Part shown: piece by piece, positions 1-9,853 of the stretch
Layout: each line of letters starts with the position of its first letter
Position numbering within the stretch: the stretch's first letter is position 1
Source of the DNA: an uncultured Anaerolineaceae bacterium
Lineage (GTDB): Bacteria > Chloroflexota > Anaerolineae > Anaerolineales > Anaerolineaceae
DNA length: 60,616 nt
Reading direction: 5' to 3'
NCBI GenBank assembly: GCA_964426355.1
Contig: CAYRRA010000001.1
Location: forward strand, 1 to 60,616
Notes under the pieces: generated by a model
Seen by the model: the letters and a program-made list of their open reading frames with translations, nothing else
The model's database searches: none
Told to the model about the DNA's origin: nothing
Translations under genes and position numbers: made by a program

Positions 1-723
1 AGGTTTTTCACCCGAAAGAACCTGCCGGTCGGCATCTTCGACAAGCTTTGCGGTTTCAGAATCATAATGGTCTCTGAAGCGCGTGTGCAGATACTCGTCC
101 AATGTGGTTTTGTATTCAGACAGCAGGTTCTGGTTTGCAAAAACATACGCCAAATCCTGGTTCTTGATATAAACATCCACTGGAAGCAAAGCCATGAACG
201 TGCGGAACAGTTCTTCGCTGGTTTTTATCGAATTTTCTGCCTCCACCCGCGCAGTAACGTCTTTTACAAACGAAATGACCCAGATAATTTCACCGTTTGC
301 GTCATACAGCGTGGAATCATCCCATTCGCACCAGATCAATTTTCCATCTTTACGATAATTCCGGTGAAGAACACTGACGCCTGGCTGTTGTTTGGTTTGA
401 TACTGCTGTAAAGCCTCATCAAGAATATACCGGTCTTCTTCGTAAACATGTTCCCACTCAGAATAATGCTTGCCGATTACCTCATGCGCCTGCCAGCCAA
501 AAATTTTCTCTGCCCCTTTCGAAAAACCGGAAACTCGTTGTTCGCGATCCCACTCGATGACCCCCATTGGAGCGTTGTCCAACAGAAATTCCATTTGCTT
601 AAGTGTTGTCCGTCCCTCACCATGCCCCATCTGACGATCAAGCTTTGCTTTCAGTACCACTAATTCTTCACGCAACTGTTTGTTTTCTATCAGAACCTGC
701 TGATAGGTTTCTTTTGATGGCAT
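1..723 (-). CDS. PAS-domain sensor protein, N-terminal part (CDS continues beyond the left edge)
   Basis: Absent from the ORF track because it has no stop inside the window. My translation of the reverse strand from ATG 723-721 is open for all 241 codons (MPSKETYQQVLIENKQLREELVVLKAKL...). It has a coiled-coil-like start, then PAS-like blocks (LLDNAPMGVIEWDREQRVSGFSKGAEKIFGW; HRNYRKDGKLIWCEWDDSTLYDANGEIIWVISFVKDVT). A second PAS then begins (FRTFMALLPVDVYIKNQDLAYVFAN). Plus-strand ORFs 67..411 and 448..663 are shadow frames of it. Confidence 0.7.
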   Translation of the reverse strand, partial: MPSKETYQQVLIENKQLREELVVLKAKLDRQMGHGEGRTTLKQMEFLLDNAPMGVIEWDREQRVSGFSKGAEKIFGWQAHEVIGKHYSEWEHVYEEDRYILDEALQQYQTKQQPGVSVLHRNYRKDGKLIWCEWDDSTLYDANGEIIWVISFVKDVTARVEAENSIKTSEELFRTFMALLPVDVYIKNQDLAYVFANQNLLSEYKTTLDEYLHTRFRDHYDSETAKLVEDADRQVLSGEKP

Positions 724-963
724 ATCTACCTACCTGATAATGAATGGATACGCGTTGGATTACGATAACTTTATTATAGCGTATCCGTTTTTAAGAGGCA
801 TATATAGGGTGTAAAAAGTAATCCACCTCAATTCCGGATAACTTTTTTATCCCACCCACCTCCCTTATGTGGTAAAGCGTTCCACAGTGGGGTGGGAGGA
901 CGGGCAAAAAATTGAATCCAAATCTGTATTTATTTAGAACATTTTTTCTGATAGAATAAAAAG

Positions 964-2037
964 ATGGTAACAAAAAGAGATGGATACCGCATTTTGCTGC
1001 TGGCGGATACCCACATTGGGTTAGATTTTCCACTTCACCCGCGTATTGAAAGACGCCGCAGGGGAGAGGATTTTTTGGCGAACTTTCGCACAGCGCTTCA
1101 ACCCGCACTGCGCGGTGAAGTGGATGCGGTTGTCCACGGCGGCGATTTGTTTGACCGCGAGCGCGTTCCAGATGCGCTCGTTCAAATGGCGCTGGAGCCC
1201 CTCTTGCAGGTAGCAGAACGGGAAGTGCCGGTTTTTCTGGTGCCCGGCAACCACGAGCGCGGAAAGATCCCCCTGCATCTCTGGCGAAGCCACCCCTATT
1301 TTAAAATATTTGACCAGCCCACTACTTTCCTCACAGAAAAAGAAGGTCTCCGGGTGACTTTTAGCGGTTTTCCGTATGCGCGGCAAGTCCGTGCAGAGTT
1401 CAATGCGCTGGTAAGTGCCACAGGTTACCATCAGCAACAGGCGGACATCAGGCTGCTTTGTATACACCAGGCTGTAGAAGGTGCGCAGGTGGGACCGGTC
1501 AACTTCACGTTCCGCTACGCGCCCGATGTTGTGCGTGGACAGGACATTCCAGCCGTCTTCGATGCAGTGCTCAGCGGGCACATCCATCGCTGCCAGGTGC
1601 TGCGCAAAGACCTGGCAGGCAGGTCAATGCCCGCCCCGGTGATTTACCCTGGCTCGGTTGAACGCACCGCCTTTGCTGAACAGGCAGAACAAAAGGGGTA
1701 TATCACCCTGGATTTCCACAAGCACCAATCTGGTAAGAAGAGCAGGATCAAGCGTATCCAGGTTCATCCTTTGCCCGCAAGACCCATGGTTTCGCTTGAT
1801 CTGCACCTGGACGGTATGACGATCGCACAAATACACCGATGGCTGAGGGACAATTTATCCGTACTGGATGCCAATGCGGTGGTCTGCATTCATCTACGCG
1901 GAGAGGTCAACCCACAAGCCTGGGAAAGCCTCAATGCTGCTTCTTTGCGCGCGCTCACACCGCAAACGATGAACATTACGCTTTCCGCACCTCATCTGCG
2001 AAACTTGCGCTCACAAACTTTGAACACCGAAAAATGA
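964..2037 (+). CDS. metallophosphoesterase, SbcD/Mre11-like
   Basis: 357-aa ORF with calcineurin-type motifs in canonical order: LLADTHIG, HGGDLFD, VPGNHE, LSGHIH. No SbcC-like ATPase gene follows. Confidence 0.8.
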   Translation: MVTKRDGYRILLLADTHIGLDFPLHPRIERRRRGEDFLANFRTALQPALRGEVDAVVHGGDLFDRERVPDALVQMALEPLLQVAEREVPVFLVPGNHERGKIPLHLWRSHPYFKIFDQPTTFLTEKEGLRVTFSGFPYARQVRAEFNALVSATGYHQQQADIRLLCIHQAVEGAQVGPVNFTFRYAPDVVRGQDIPAVFDAVLSGHIHRCQVLRKDLAGRSMPAPVIYPGSVERTAFAEQAEQKGYITLDFHKHQSGKKSRIKRIQVHPLPARPMVSLDLHLDGMTIAQIHRWLRDNLSVLDANAVVCIHLRGEVNPQAWESLNAASLRALTPQTMNITLSAPHLRNLRSQTLNTEK

Positions 2038-2133
2038 CTGCAAGAAACCGGCAAGGCAAATTGACCGAACCGGATATAATTGCCTTATCCCATTGTGCTT
2101 GTTGGCGATGGATGCTGTTTTTAAGGAGACGTC

Positions 2134-3498
2134 ATGTCCAGTCTGTTATCCCGCCGGCAAAAAATCATCTATGGCGCTGGGGATATCGGCTTCAGCCTAA
2201 CATCCACCATTCTCGGAGCCTATTTCGCCATCTTCCTCACCGTTGTTGTCGGTGTCAACCCCGGTTACGCTGCCATTGCCTTGTTCATCGGCAGAAGTTG
2301 GGATTATATCAATGACCCTCTCATTGGGTACATTTCCGACCGAACCCGTACACGTTGGGGCAGGCGGCGTCCCTTCCTGCTCTTCGGTGCTCTCCCGTTT
2401 GCATTGGCATTCACCATGCTCTGGTTCCGCCCCGCCTGGGAAAGTCAGATCGCCCTGGTAATCTATTACGCGGTTGCCTATTTGCTTTTCGACACCACCG
2501 CCACCTTCCTCTATATGCCTTATTTTGCACTGACGCCCGAGCTGACCAACAACTATGACGAGCGAACCTCACTGACAACCTACAGGATGTTCTTTTCCAT
2601 CCTGGGCAGCCTGGTCGCTTTTACTGTCCCTATCATGATTATCGGCACACTTTCACCCGAAAATGCACCGCGCATGTTGCTGATGGGTGCCGTCTTTGCA
2701 GCAGCCAGCGCAGCCCCCATGCTGTTGGTCTTTTTGGGCACACGTGAGCGCAGTGAGTTTATGCAGCAATCCCAGCCAAAGCTGCGCGATTCACTTAAAG
2801 CCGCGTTGAAGAACCGTCCGTTTATTTTTGGAGCCATCATCTACCTGGTCACCTGGGTTTCGGTTTCCATCCTGGAAACCTCGCTGCTCTATTACATCAA
2901 GTACGTGGTACAGCGCGAAAACTACAGCGACATCATCATGGCAGCGATTTTTGTCACAGGCATCCTCGCCCTCCCGCTTTGGGAGTGGGCATCGCGCAGG
3001 TTCGGAAAACGCCGTGCCTACGTTTACGGAATTGCCTTTTGGGCAGTGGTGCAAATGGTATTGATCTCGCTTACCCCCGCAACAGGGCTAGGCGTCATCC
3101 TGGTTTTGTGCGTGCTGGCGGGCATCGGGGTTTCTGCGGCGCATGTACTGCCCTGGTCGATCCTGCCGGATGCCGTGGAGTGGGATGAATACCAGACCGG
3201 CGAGCGGCATGAAGGCATGTTTTACAGCCTGGTCACGCTCATGCAAAAAATTGCCTCTTCCGTTGCCATCCCCTTAATGCTTTTGATGCTGGAATTTACC
3301 GGTTACCAATCCAATGCGGTGCAGCAAAGCAGCAGCGCAGTATGGGGCATCCGCATTGCCATTGGTCCCATCCCGGCATTGCTGCTCACCGCAGGCATCG
3401 TCTTTGCCCTGAGATACCCCTTAGACCGTGAACGTTTCAGCCGAATGGTTACCGAACTGGAAGAAAGGCGCGCGATGCAAAGAGGAGACGCCGAATGA
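2134..3498 (+). CDS. MFS transporter, glycoside-pentoside-hexuronide (GPH):cation symporter family
   Basis: 454-aa polytopic ORF with AAGGAG 5 nt upstream of the ATG. It carries the GPH signature after TM2 (DPLIGYISDRTRTRWGRRRPF). Confidence 0.85.
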   Translation: MSSLLSRRQKIIYGAGDIGFSLTSTILGAYFAIFLTVVVGVNPGYAAIALFIGRSWDYINDPLIGYISDRTRTRWGRRRPFLLFGALPFALAFTMLWFRPAWESQIALVIYYAVAYLLFDTTATFLYMPYFALTPELTNNYDERTSLTTYRMFFSILGSLVAFTVPIMIIGTLSPENAPRMLLMGAVFAAASAAPMLLVFLGTRERSEFMQQSQPKLRDSLKAALKNRPFIFGAIIYLVTWVSVSILETSLLYYIKYVVQRENYSDIIMAAIFVTGILALPLWEWASRRFGKRRAYVYGIAFWAVVQMVLISLTPATGLGVILVLCVLAGIGVSAAHVLPWSILPDAVEWDEYQTGERHEGMFYSLVTLMQKIASSVAIPLMLLMLEFTGYQSNAVQQSSSAVWGIRIAIGPIPALLLTAGIVFALRYPLDRERFSRMVTELEERRAMQRGDAE

Positions 3499-4631
3499 GT
3501 CAGATTGAAATTTTACCAGTTCGCAACAAAAGAGAGCAGCATACCTTTCTCACATTCCCCTGGCAAATCTATAAAAATGACCCACTCTGGGTCCCGCCGG
3601 TGTTGCCGGAAAGACGAAAAACGATCGACCCCCGGCAAGGCGCTTTCTTCAAGCGCGGCGAAGCTGAATTCTTTATCGCCTGGGAGAAGGGCAAGCCGTT
3701 GGGAACCATCTGCGCCGCTGACGACCGCATTGGCAACCAACTGACCGGCAAGAAAGACTGTCTCTGGGGCTTTTTCGAGTGCATCCAGGATTATGACGTA
3801 GCAGCAGCTTTATGGCAGCATGTCATTGATTGGGGACGCAAGCGCGGGTTGAATGCCTTGTATGGTCCGTTTAACCTGGATTACGAAGATGGCTACGGAA
3901 TCCTGGTGGAAGGGCGCGACCGCCCACCCGTGATGCTCTGCGGGCATACCCCCGTTTACTATCTCGATTACGTTGAACGGTTCGGCTTTAAACCCGGGCG
4001 CGGGCAGAACCTTGCATTTGAGGTTCGCACGGAAATTGATACCGCAGCTTTTCAACAGTTGGCGCGAATGGCTGAGATTGCCCGCCGCAAAGAAAAATTT
4101 GTCATACGCAGCGCCAATTTTAAACGCTGGGAGGATGAGATCGACCCGTTGCTTGTCCTGTTGAACGCTTCGCTCGCTCATCTGGAAGGACATATTCCCT
4201 GGCAGCGTGATGATTTACGCGCACTGCTGGCACCGTTTCGAGAGTTCGCCGACCCCGAACTGGTTCTCTTTGCAGAACTGAACGGACGCATGATTGGCTT
4301 CTTTCCTGGCATCCCCAACTTAAACGAGGCATTGATCCATGCCAACGGACTTCGTTACCCGTGGGATTATCTCTCAGCATGGTTTCACATGCGCCGCAAA
4401 CCGGACTGCCTCTCCATCAAAAGCGTGCTCGTTCACCCCGATTTTTGGGGCGGCGGCGCTTCCATTCTGCTCTTTGATGAAATGCTGAAACGTCTGCGTG
4501 CCAAAGGATTTCGCTGGGTTGATCTTTCATTGACGTCTGATGACAACCCCAAAACCCCTATGCTGGCTGAAAGATTGGGTGGGAAAATCTACAAACGCTA
4601 CCAGGTATATCGTTACCCATTTGTAGCCTGA
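3495..4631 (+). CDS. GNAT-like acyltransferase family protein (uncharacterised subfamily)
   Basis: 378 aa. The start overlaps the upstream stop (ATGA), so it is probably co-transcribed with the symporter. It has an N-terminal block FLTFPWQIYKNDPLWVPP and a C-terminal acyl-CoA N-acyltransferase-like region (IKSVLVHPDFWGGGASILLFDEML). The substrate cannot be inferred. Confidence 0.55.
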   Translation: MSQIEILPVRNKREQHTFLTFPWQIYKNDPLWVPPVLPERRKTIDPRQGAFFKRGEAEFFIAWEKGKPLGTICAADDRIGNQLTGKKDCLWGFFECIQDYDVAAALWQHVIDWGRKRGLNALYGPFNLDYEDGYGILVEGRDRPPVMLCGHTPVYYLDYVERFGFKPGRGQNLAFEVRTEIDTAAFQQLARMAEIARRKEKFVIRSANFKRWEDEIDPLLVLLNASLAHLEGHIPWQRDDLRALLAPFREFADPELVLFAELNGRMIGFFPGIPNLNEALIHANGLRYPWDYLSAWFHMRRKPDCLSIKSVLVHPDFWGGGASILLFDEMLKRLRAKGFRWVDLSLTSDDNPKTPMLAERLGGKIYKRYQVYRYPFVA

Positions 4632-4661
4632 CCATGTCAGTCAGGCTCATTCGACATTTTT

Positions 4662-5522
4662 TTACTCAAAATGATTTGTCATCTCCATGCTGACATCCCA
4701 CAAATGTGCCGCTGTCAGTATGTCATGCGATGCCTTTGAGGATAATGTGGGTTTTTTCCTAAAAAAATATTCCCCATTATAAATCGAGGCCTCAGGCGAA
4801 GACGCCAGAAATACCACCGTTTCTGCCCCTTCCTGCGGAGTTAGAAGCAAAAAATCGGCAACGCGATGCACCAGCGAACCTGGAACCAAACGTTCTACAA
4901 TGCCGGTGGAGACAATGCCAGGGTGAACGCAGTTTGCGGTCACCCCGGTGCCTTTAAGGCGGCGCGCCAGCTCGCGCGTGAAAAGAATCATCGCCAGCTT
5001 GGCATTTCCATACGCATTGAATACATTGTAAAAGCGCTGGTTTTGCAGATTGTCAAAGTTGATCTTTCCCCACCAATGGGCAAGGGAGGTTACATTAATC
5101 ACGCGTGCAGGCGCGCTGGCAATCAGCCGCTCCTGGAGTAAATGGGTAAGATAAAAACCCGACAGGTAATTCAATGCAAGGTTCATTTCTAACCCATCTA
5201 CGGTCACAACGCGTCTTTTGAACATAGAACCCGCCAGGTTAATCAGCACATGCAGCCGGGGATATTGCTCCAGGATACTTTCTGCCAATCGCCGTACCTC
5301 ACATTGTGAGGAAAGGTCAGCCAGGTGCATGTGAATATGGGGGTTCTCGCTAAGCCTGCGCAGCTCGTTTAGCGCGGCATGACCCCGGTTAGGATCACGA
5401 TTAACGATGATTACCTCGGCGCCTTGTTTTGCCAGCGCCAATGCGGTTGCCTTACCGATCCCTCCGCTGCCACCGGTGACGAGGCAGGTTTTGCCTTGCA
5501 TTGTTCGCGTCTGTGTCTCCAT
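4662..5522 (-). CDS. short-chain dehydrogenase/reductase (SDR)
   Basis: 286 aa with the dinucleotide motif VTGGSGGIGKATA and the catalytic YxxxK motif (NAYGNAK). Confidence 0.85.
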   Translation of the reverse strand: METQTRTMQGKTCLVTGGSGGIGKATALALAKQGAEVIIVNRDPNRGHAALNELRRLSENPHIHMHLADLSSQCEVRRLAESILEQYPRLHVLINLAGSMFKRRVVTVDGLEMNLALNYLSGFYLTHLLQERLIASAPARVINVTSLAHWWGKINFDNLQNQRFYNVFNAYGNAKLAMILFTRELARRLKGTGVTANCVHPGIVSTGIVERLVPGSLVHRVADFLLLTPQEGAETVVFLASSPEASIYNGEYFFRKKPTLSSKASHDILTAAHLWDVSMEMTNHFE

Positions 5523-5607
5523 ATTCCATCCCTGCGGTGATTATACCTGGAAAATCGGTACAGGAATGATATAAGAGGAGGCACTTCCACACGCCACCAG
5601 CGGCGAA

Positions 5608-7218
5608 TTAAATGCCCTCTTTGGCGGTCTGTTTAATAAACCGGATGTCATCCAATTTACCAGAAGAAAGAACAAACCCGGCAACCTCACCTTCCCCGGT
5701 GCGAAAGAAGTGTAGATTCACCAAGCCTGAATTAAAAAAATCTTTTTCCACAGGATGAATCGCGGCAAAATACGGATTTTTTTTGGACCAACACAACCTT
5801 CCATCCTCGATTTGCAGTTCATAAGCTGTATTTAACTCTTCGCTGAAATATCTGTTTGGATACTCCTTAAGCTGCTCTGGGGAAAGCGTGTAAGGTTTCA
5901 TTTTTTGATATCTTTCCGGCTCAGAGCCATCGCCCCAACTGAGGAGCATTTGCTCCTCTGAAACAAAAGAAGCCTCAATATCCAGCAACGCATCAACCGC
6001 TTTAAAGGTAAGGTCATCCACTGGAATCAACTGGATGACCTGTCCCATGATAGATAGGTTCAACACATCTCCAACCGCAGTTGTCTCAACAATACTCTGT
6101 TCGCTTTCATGCCGGTAAAAACCAGTTTTATCCTGGAGTGAAGATTGCGATAGCGAGCAGGGGATTACTCTTTTTCTCCTCGTGTTTTTTAGGTCTTGCT
6201 CAAACAAACAGAGGTCGGCAACTTTTTTACAGAGTGTATCAGGGTTAATCATGGAATGGTTCGCCAGGCAAATGACGGAAAAAGCCTGTTCGGGAAAACG
6301 CAGCAGTTCAGCCCGGTAACCATACCACGCCCCGGAGTGGTAAACCGTATTCAAACCCCTATAAGAAGAAAGGTACAACCCATACGCGTACTTCAATCGC
6401 TCGCCGTTGTTAAGAACACCCACCTGCTGCATCTGATCGATCAATTCCTGCCCACCGCCATCCAGGCTATTATGATAAAAGTTTTGATCCCAAAGGTAAA
6501 GGTCGCCCACATTTGTGTACACCGCGCCATCCCCCAAAACATCAAATATCCCTGTGTCTATCTGGTAGCCGCCCTTTTCGCATGGAGAATATGCTACAGC
6601 ACGGTTTTTGACAATTTCCTTGAAATTATCGTGAAAATGCGTGTGTACCATACCCAATGGAGCAAAAATATTCTCCTCTGCAAATACCCGCAGCGATTTT
6701 CCCGACACCCGCTGAACGATCTCGGCAAGCAGAAAATACCCGGAATTACTGTAAAGAAATTCCTCTCCCGGAAGGTAATTAAGGTTTTTCTGCCGTGCGA
6801 TTAATTGGATGACTTCTTGCTCCTGATAATCATTTTCAAATGGCATGTTTGCCAGCGCCATGAGCATTAAATAATCCCTCATGCCACTGATATGGTGAAC
6901 CAGATGGCGAATGGTGATTTTCTCTTCATATTGTGGAATTTCAGGGAGATATTTCTGGATGGGGTCATCCATTGAAATCTGCCCACGCCTGGACAGGATC
7001 AAAATACACAGCGAAGTAAATTGCTTTGAAGTTGAACCAATATCAAAAATCGATTCCGGTGTCAGTGCGATATCATACTCAAAATTTGCGCAGCCATAAC
7101 CGCGTTGATATACAATCTCGCCTGCATGGATAATCGCCAAAACACAACCAGGGGTATCCATACGGTTCCATTTCTTAAAAACCCTGTCGATTTGCTCAGG
7201 TGATACTTGATGCATCAT
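5608..7218 (-). CDS. serine hydrolase, beta-lactamase/DD-peptidase fold with C-terminal extension
   Basis: 536 aa with S-x-x-K (GSTSKQF) and Y-x-N (YSNSGY) motifs. A C-terminal extension of about 180 aa resembles D-aminopeptidase/esterase-type members. No signal peptide is evident. Confidence 0.8.
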   Translation of the reverse strand: MMHQVSPEQIDRVFKKWNRMDTPGCVLAIIHAGEIVYQRGYGCANFEYDIALTPESIFDIGSTSKQFTSLCILILSRRGQISMDDPIQKYLPEIPQYEEKITIRHLVHHISGMRDYLMLMALANMPFENDYQEQEVIQLIARQKNLNYLPGEEFLYSNSGYFLLAEIVQRVSGKSLRVFAEENIFAPLGMVHTHFHDNFKEIVKNRAVAYSPCEKGGYQIDTGIFDVLGDGAVYTNVGDLYLWDQNFYHNSLDGGGQELIDQMQQVGVLNNGERLKYAYGLYLSSYRGLNTVYHSGAWYGYRAELLRFPEQAFSVICLANHSMINPDTLCKKVADLCLFEQDLKNTRRKRVIPCSLSQSSLQDKTGFYRHESEQSIVETTAVGDVLNLSIMGQVIQLIPVDDLTFKAVDALLDIEASFVSEEQMLLSWGDGSEPERYQKMKPYTLSPEQLKEYPNRYFSEELNTAYELQIEDGRLCWSKKNPYFAAIHPVEKDFFNSGLVNLHFFRTGEGEVAGFVLSSGKLDDIRFIKQTAKEGI

Positions 7219-7255
7219 TTCTCCTTTGGTTGTGAGGATGAATAATAATCAATCT

Positions 7256-7287
7256 GCCAAGAAAGAGGCTGCCTGTGCGGCAGCCTC
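7256..7287 (-). terminator. putative intrinsic terminator after the binding-protein gene
   Basis: A 9-bp GC-rich stem GAGGCTGCC / GGCAGCCTC (7265-7273 / 7279-7287) with a 5-nt loop. On the minus strand it is followed by TTTCTT. Confidence 0.55.
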
Positions 7288-7313
7288 AACACGATCACGG
7301 TGAAACAACCGCA

Positions 7314-9032
7314 TTACTCTTTGATATACACATCAAAGTAAGTGGTGTAACCGTTGCTGATATACAGATCATGCACACGCGGGTTGACTGCTGTGTAATA
7401 ATCCGCAGCGTACAGCGGTATGACATACGCTTCTTCAACAATAATACGTTGGGCTTCATTCAACAACGCCTGTCTTTCCCCGCTGTCAGTTTCGGTGCGA
7501 GAATTAGCCAGCAATGCATCCAGTTCAGGATTGGATATCATCCCCAGGTTTATTCCGCCGCCAATGTTGGAAGAATGGAACAAATCATACAGAATATCGG
7601 CTTCACGCGAACCCACCCCGATCAGGCTCAATTGAAAATTTCCCGCAAAGGTCTGCTCTAACAGCACTCCAACCTCCAGGGTTTGGATGATAATATGCAT
7701 ACCAAATTTATCATATTCGTTTTCGATGATTTCCAATACCTTTACCCAATCCGTAAAACCAGAGGGGACAAGCGCTGTGAAACTCAGCGGGATGCCGTCT
7801 TTCTCGTAAATCCCGTCCGCATTCTTCTCATAACCTGCCTCCAGGATCAACTCCTCGGCTTTTGCCAGGTTATAATGCTGCCCAATCTCTTCTACGCCAT
7901 CCCAATAGCCAATTTGCGTTGGCGACAAGGGTCCATACTGAACAGTACCTTTATCCTGGAGAATGATCGTCACAATTGCATCCCGGTTGATGGCATAATT
8001 CATTGCCTGCCGGATGCGGACATCATCCAATGGGGGTTGGGTCACGTTTATCAAGATTCCAGGTCCAAAACCCTGGTAGGAACCCGTAATAATCTGAAAA
8101 CCGCTTTCACTGATGCGGTCAATATCCTGTGTTTTCAAATCAAACGAGTCGATTTCACCCGCCTCCAGACCAGCCATGATTGTGTCCGGGTCGGGAATGA
8201 GACGAACCTCTATACCGTCAATATATGCCGGACCTTGATGATATCCTTGCGGCGCCCATACAAAATCGGGGTTGCGCTCCAGGAACACCGCTTCTGAGGT
8301 GTTCCATGATTTCACAATAAAGGGTCCCGTGCCTATAGGCAGGCGACCAAACTGGTCACCCAATTCCTCCACCGCAGCCTGGGGCAACGGCATAAGATAT
8401 TCCGAAGCAATATCATATAGAAAGGTAAACTTCGGTTCAATGAGCGTGATACGCAATGTATAGTCATCGATTGCCTCGAATTTTTCCACGTTTATCAGCA
8501 TGCCCCCCGCAACGGGTGATGCAATTTCCGGGTTGGTAGCGCGTTGAAAGGTATAGACATAATCCTGTGCGGTTAACGGCGTTCCATTGTGAAAAAGGAT
8601 ATCTTCACGGATCTTAAATTCGTAGACCAAACCATCTTCAGAAATCGTCCAGGATTGGGCATGATACGGCACAATTTGATTATTGTGATCCACATACAAA
8701 AGCGATCCCCCATAGAGCATACAAATCATCGCCGATGCTGACATCGCTGTTTTATGAGGATCCAGAGTATCCGGTTCCTGAATATTAACCAAGTGAAGAA
8801 CCCCTCCGGTTGGTACCTCATTTTCTACAATCTCGGTTTCAATAATTTCTTCCGGCTCATCCTCCGGTTCTTCTGTGACCACGATTTCTTCCTCAGGCGA
8901 GGAAGGAACCCCTTCAATTTCTGCGATGGGCGCCTCGTCACTTTCTGGTAAACAGGCAGACAGGAACAAAGCAGAGAAAAGCATCAAGCTCAATAGAATT
9001 GAAAAGTACCGCATGTATCTTTTTTGGTTCAT
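7314..9032 (-). CDS. ABC-type substrate-binding lipoprotein, family 5 (peptide/nickel type)
   Basis: The ORF track gives 7314..9062. I prefer the ATG at 9032 because GGAGG lies 5 nt upstream. It has a signal peptide with a lipobox (LFLSAC), an acidic linker, then a Dpp/Opp/Nik-type fold of typical length. Confidence 0.85.
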   Translation of the reverse strand: MNQKRYMRYFSILLSLMLFSALFLSACLPESDEAPIAEIEGVPSSPEEEIVVTEEPEDEPEEIIETEIVENEVPTGGVLHLVNIQEPDTLDPHKTAMSASAMICMLYGGSLLYVDHNNQIVPYHAQSWTISEDGLVYEFKIREDILFHNGTPLTAQDYVYTFQRATNPEIASPVAGGMLINVEKFEAIDDYTLRITLIEPKFTFLYDIASEYLMPLPQAAVEELGDQFGRLPIGTGPFIVKSWNTSEAVFLERNPDFVWAPQGYHQGPAYIDGIEVRLIPDPDTIMAGLEAGEIDSFDLKTQDIDRISESGFQIITGSYQGFGPGILINVTQPPLDDVRIRQAMNYAINRDAIVTIILQDKGTVQYGPLSPTQIGYWDGVEEIGQHYNLAKAEELILEAGYEKNADGIYEKDGIPLSFTALVPSGFTDWVKVLEIIENEYDKFGMHIIIQTLEVGVLLEQTFAGNFQLSLIGVGSREADILYDLFHSSNIGGGINLGMISNPELDALLANSRTETDSGERQALLNEAQRIIVEEAYVIPLYAADYYTAVNPRVHDLYISNGYTTYFDVYIKE

Positions 9033-9202
9033 TTTTTCCTCCGAAAAATGTGTATGACGCAAAAAGCCACATTTTTATGATACTCATGCGTGGTGCTTTT
9101 TCCATCCGGAAAAAATCCCAATTCGGAACAGAAAAATTGACCGGGTTGGATTTAACTTTTACAGTAGGGGTCCTACAACATTTTATGTAGATTTACAGAA
9201 AA

Positions 9203-9853
9203 TTACTCGTCCAGGTTGGCAATCCCTTTCCTTAAAGCGTATAAAGCTGCCTGTGTACGGTTTGCCAGGTGTAATTTCGCCAGGATATTGCTGACATGTG
9301 TGCGCACAGTCAACTCGCTGATCACCAGCGTTGCTGCGATTTCCTGATTGGTCTGCCCCTGCGCCACCAGTTTTAGAATCGCTTCTTCACGTTCTGTGAG
9401 CGGCTTTTGCGTGGGGGGCAGCGAGGTTGGCTGGTTCAACTCCTCGAATAGCATCAAAGCAATGTTGGGATGGAGAGAGGGTTTCCCGGCATATACATCG
9501 TGGATAGCGGAGATTAAATCCTTTGGTGACGAATCCTTGAGCAAATATCCCAATGCGCCTGCTTTAATGGCTGGGAAGACTTTATCATCATCGGCGAAGC
9601 TGGTCAAAACAAGGATGCGCACTTCAGGTTGATCCTTTTTAATCTCACCAATTGCCTCAACCCCGTCTTTCTTGGGCATGACGATATCCATTAGAATGAC
9701 ATCCGGGCAGATTTCTTTTGCCAGGTTAACCACTTCAAGACCATTTTCTGCTTCACCCACCAGTTCCAGGTCATTTTGGCTAAAAATCAACGTTCGCAGC
9801 CCTTCCCTGACCACTGCATGATCATCTGCTATCAACACCCTGATTCTTTTCAT
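9203..9853 (-). CDS. response regulator, NarL/LuxR family
   Basis: 216 aa. The receiver domain has an acidic pocket and phospho-Asp context (LIADDHAVV, DVILMDIVMP). The C-terminal LuxR HTH is LTEREEAILKLVAQGQTNQEIAATLVISELTVRTHVSNILAKL. The start overlaps the kinase stop by 4 nt. Confidence 0.92.
   Translation of the reverse strand: MKRIRVLIADDHAVVREGLRTLIFSQNDLELVGEAENGLEVVNLAKEICPDVILMDIVMPKKDGVEAIGEIKKDQPEVRILVLTSFADDDKVFPAIKAGALGYLLKDSSPKDLISAIHDVYAGKPSLHPNIALMLFEELNQPTSLPPTQKPLTEREEAILKLVAQGQTNQEIAATLVISELTVRTHVSNILAKLHLANRTQAALYALRKGIANLDE

Noticed and set aside
850-897. Nested inverted repeat (TCCCACCC ... GGGTGGGA enclosing TGTGG..CCACA) upstream of the SbcD-like gene; also an 8-bp GGATACGC/GCGTATCC pair at about 744-788.
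   Set aside because: There is no U tract on either strand, no recognisable riboswitch or RNA-family signature, and no second copy in the window. I cannot assign a function. ORF 791..1108 (minus strand) covering it has an implausible composition and no ribosome site.
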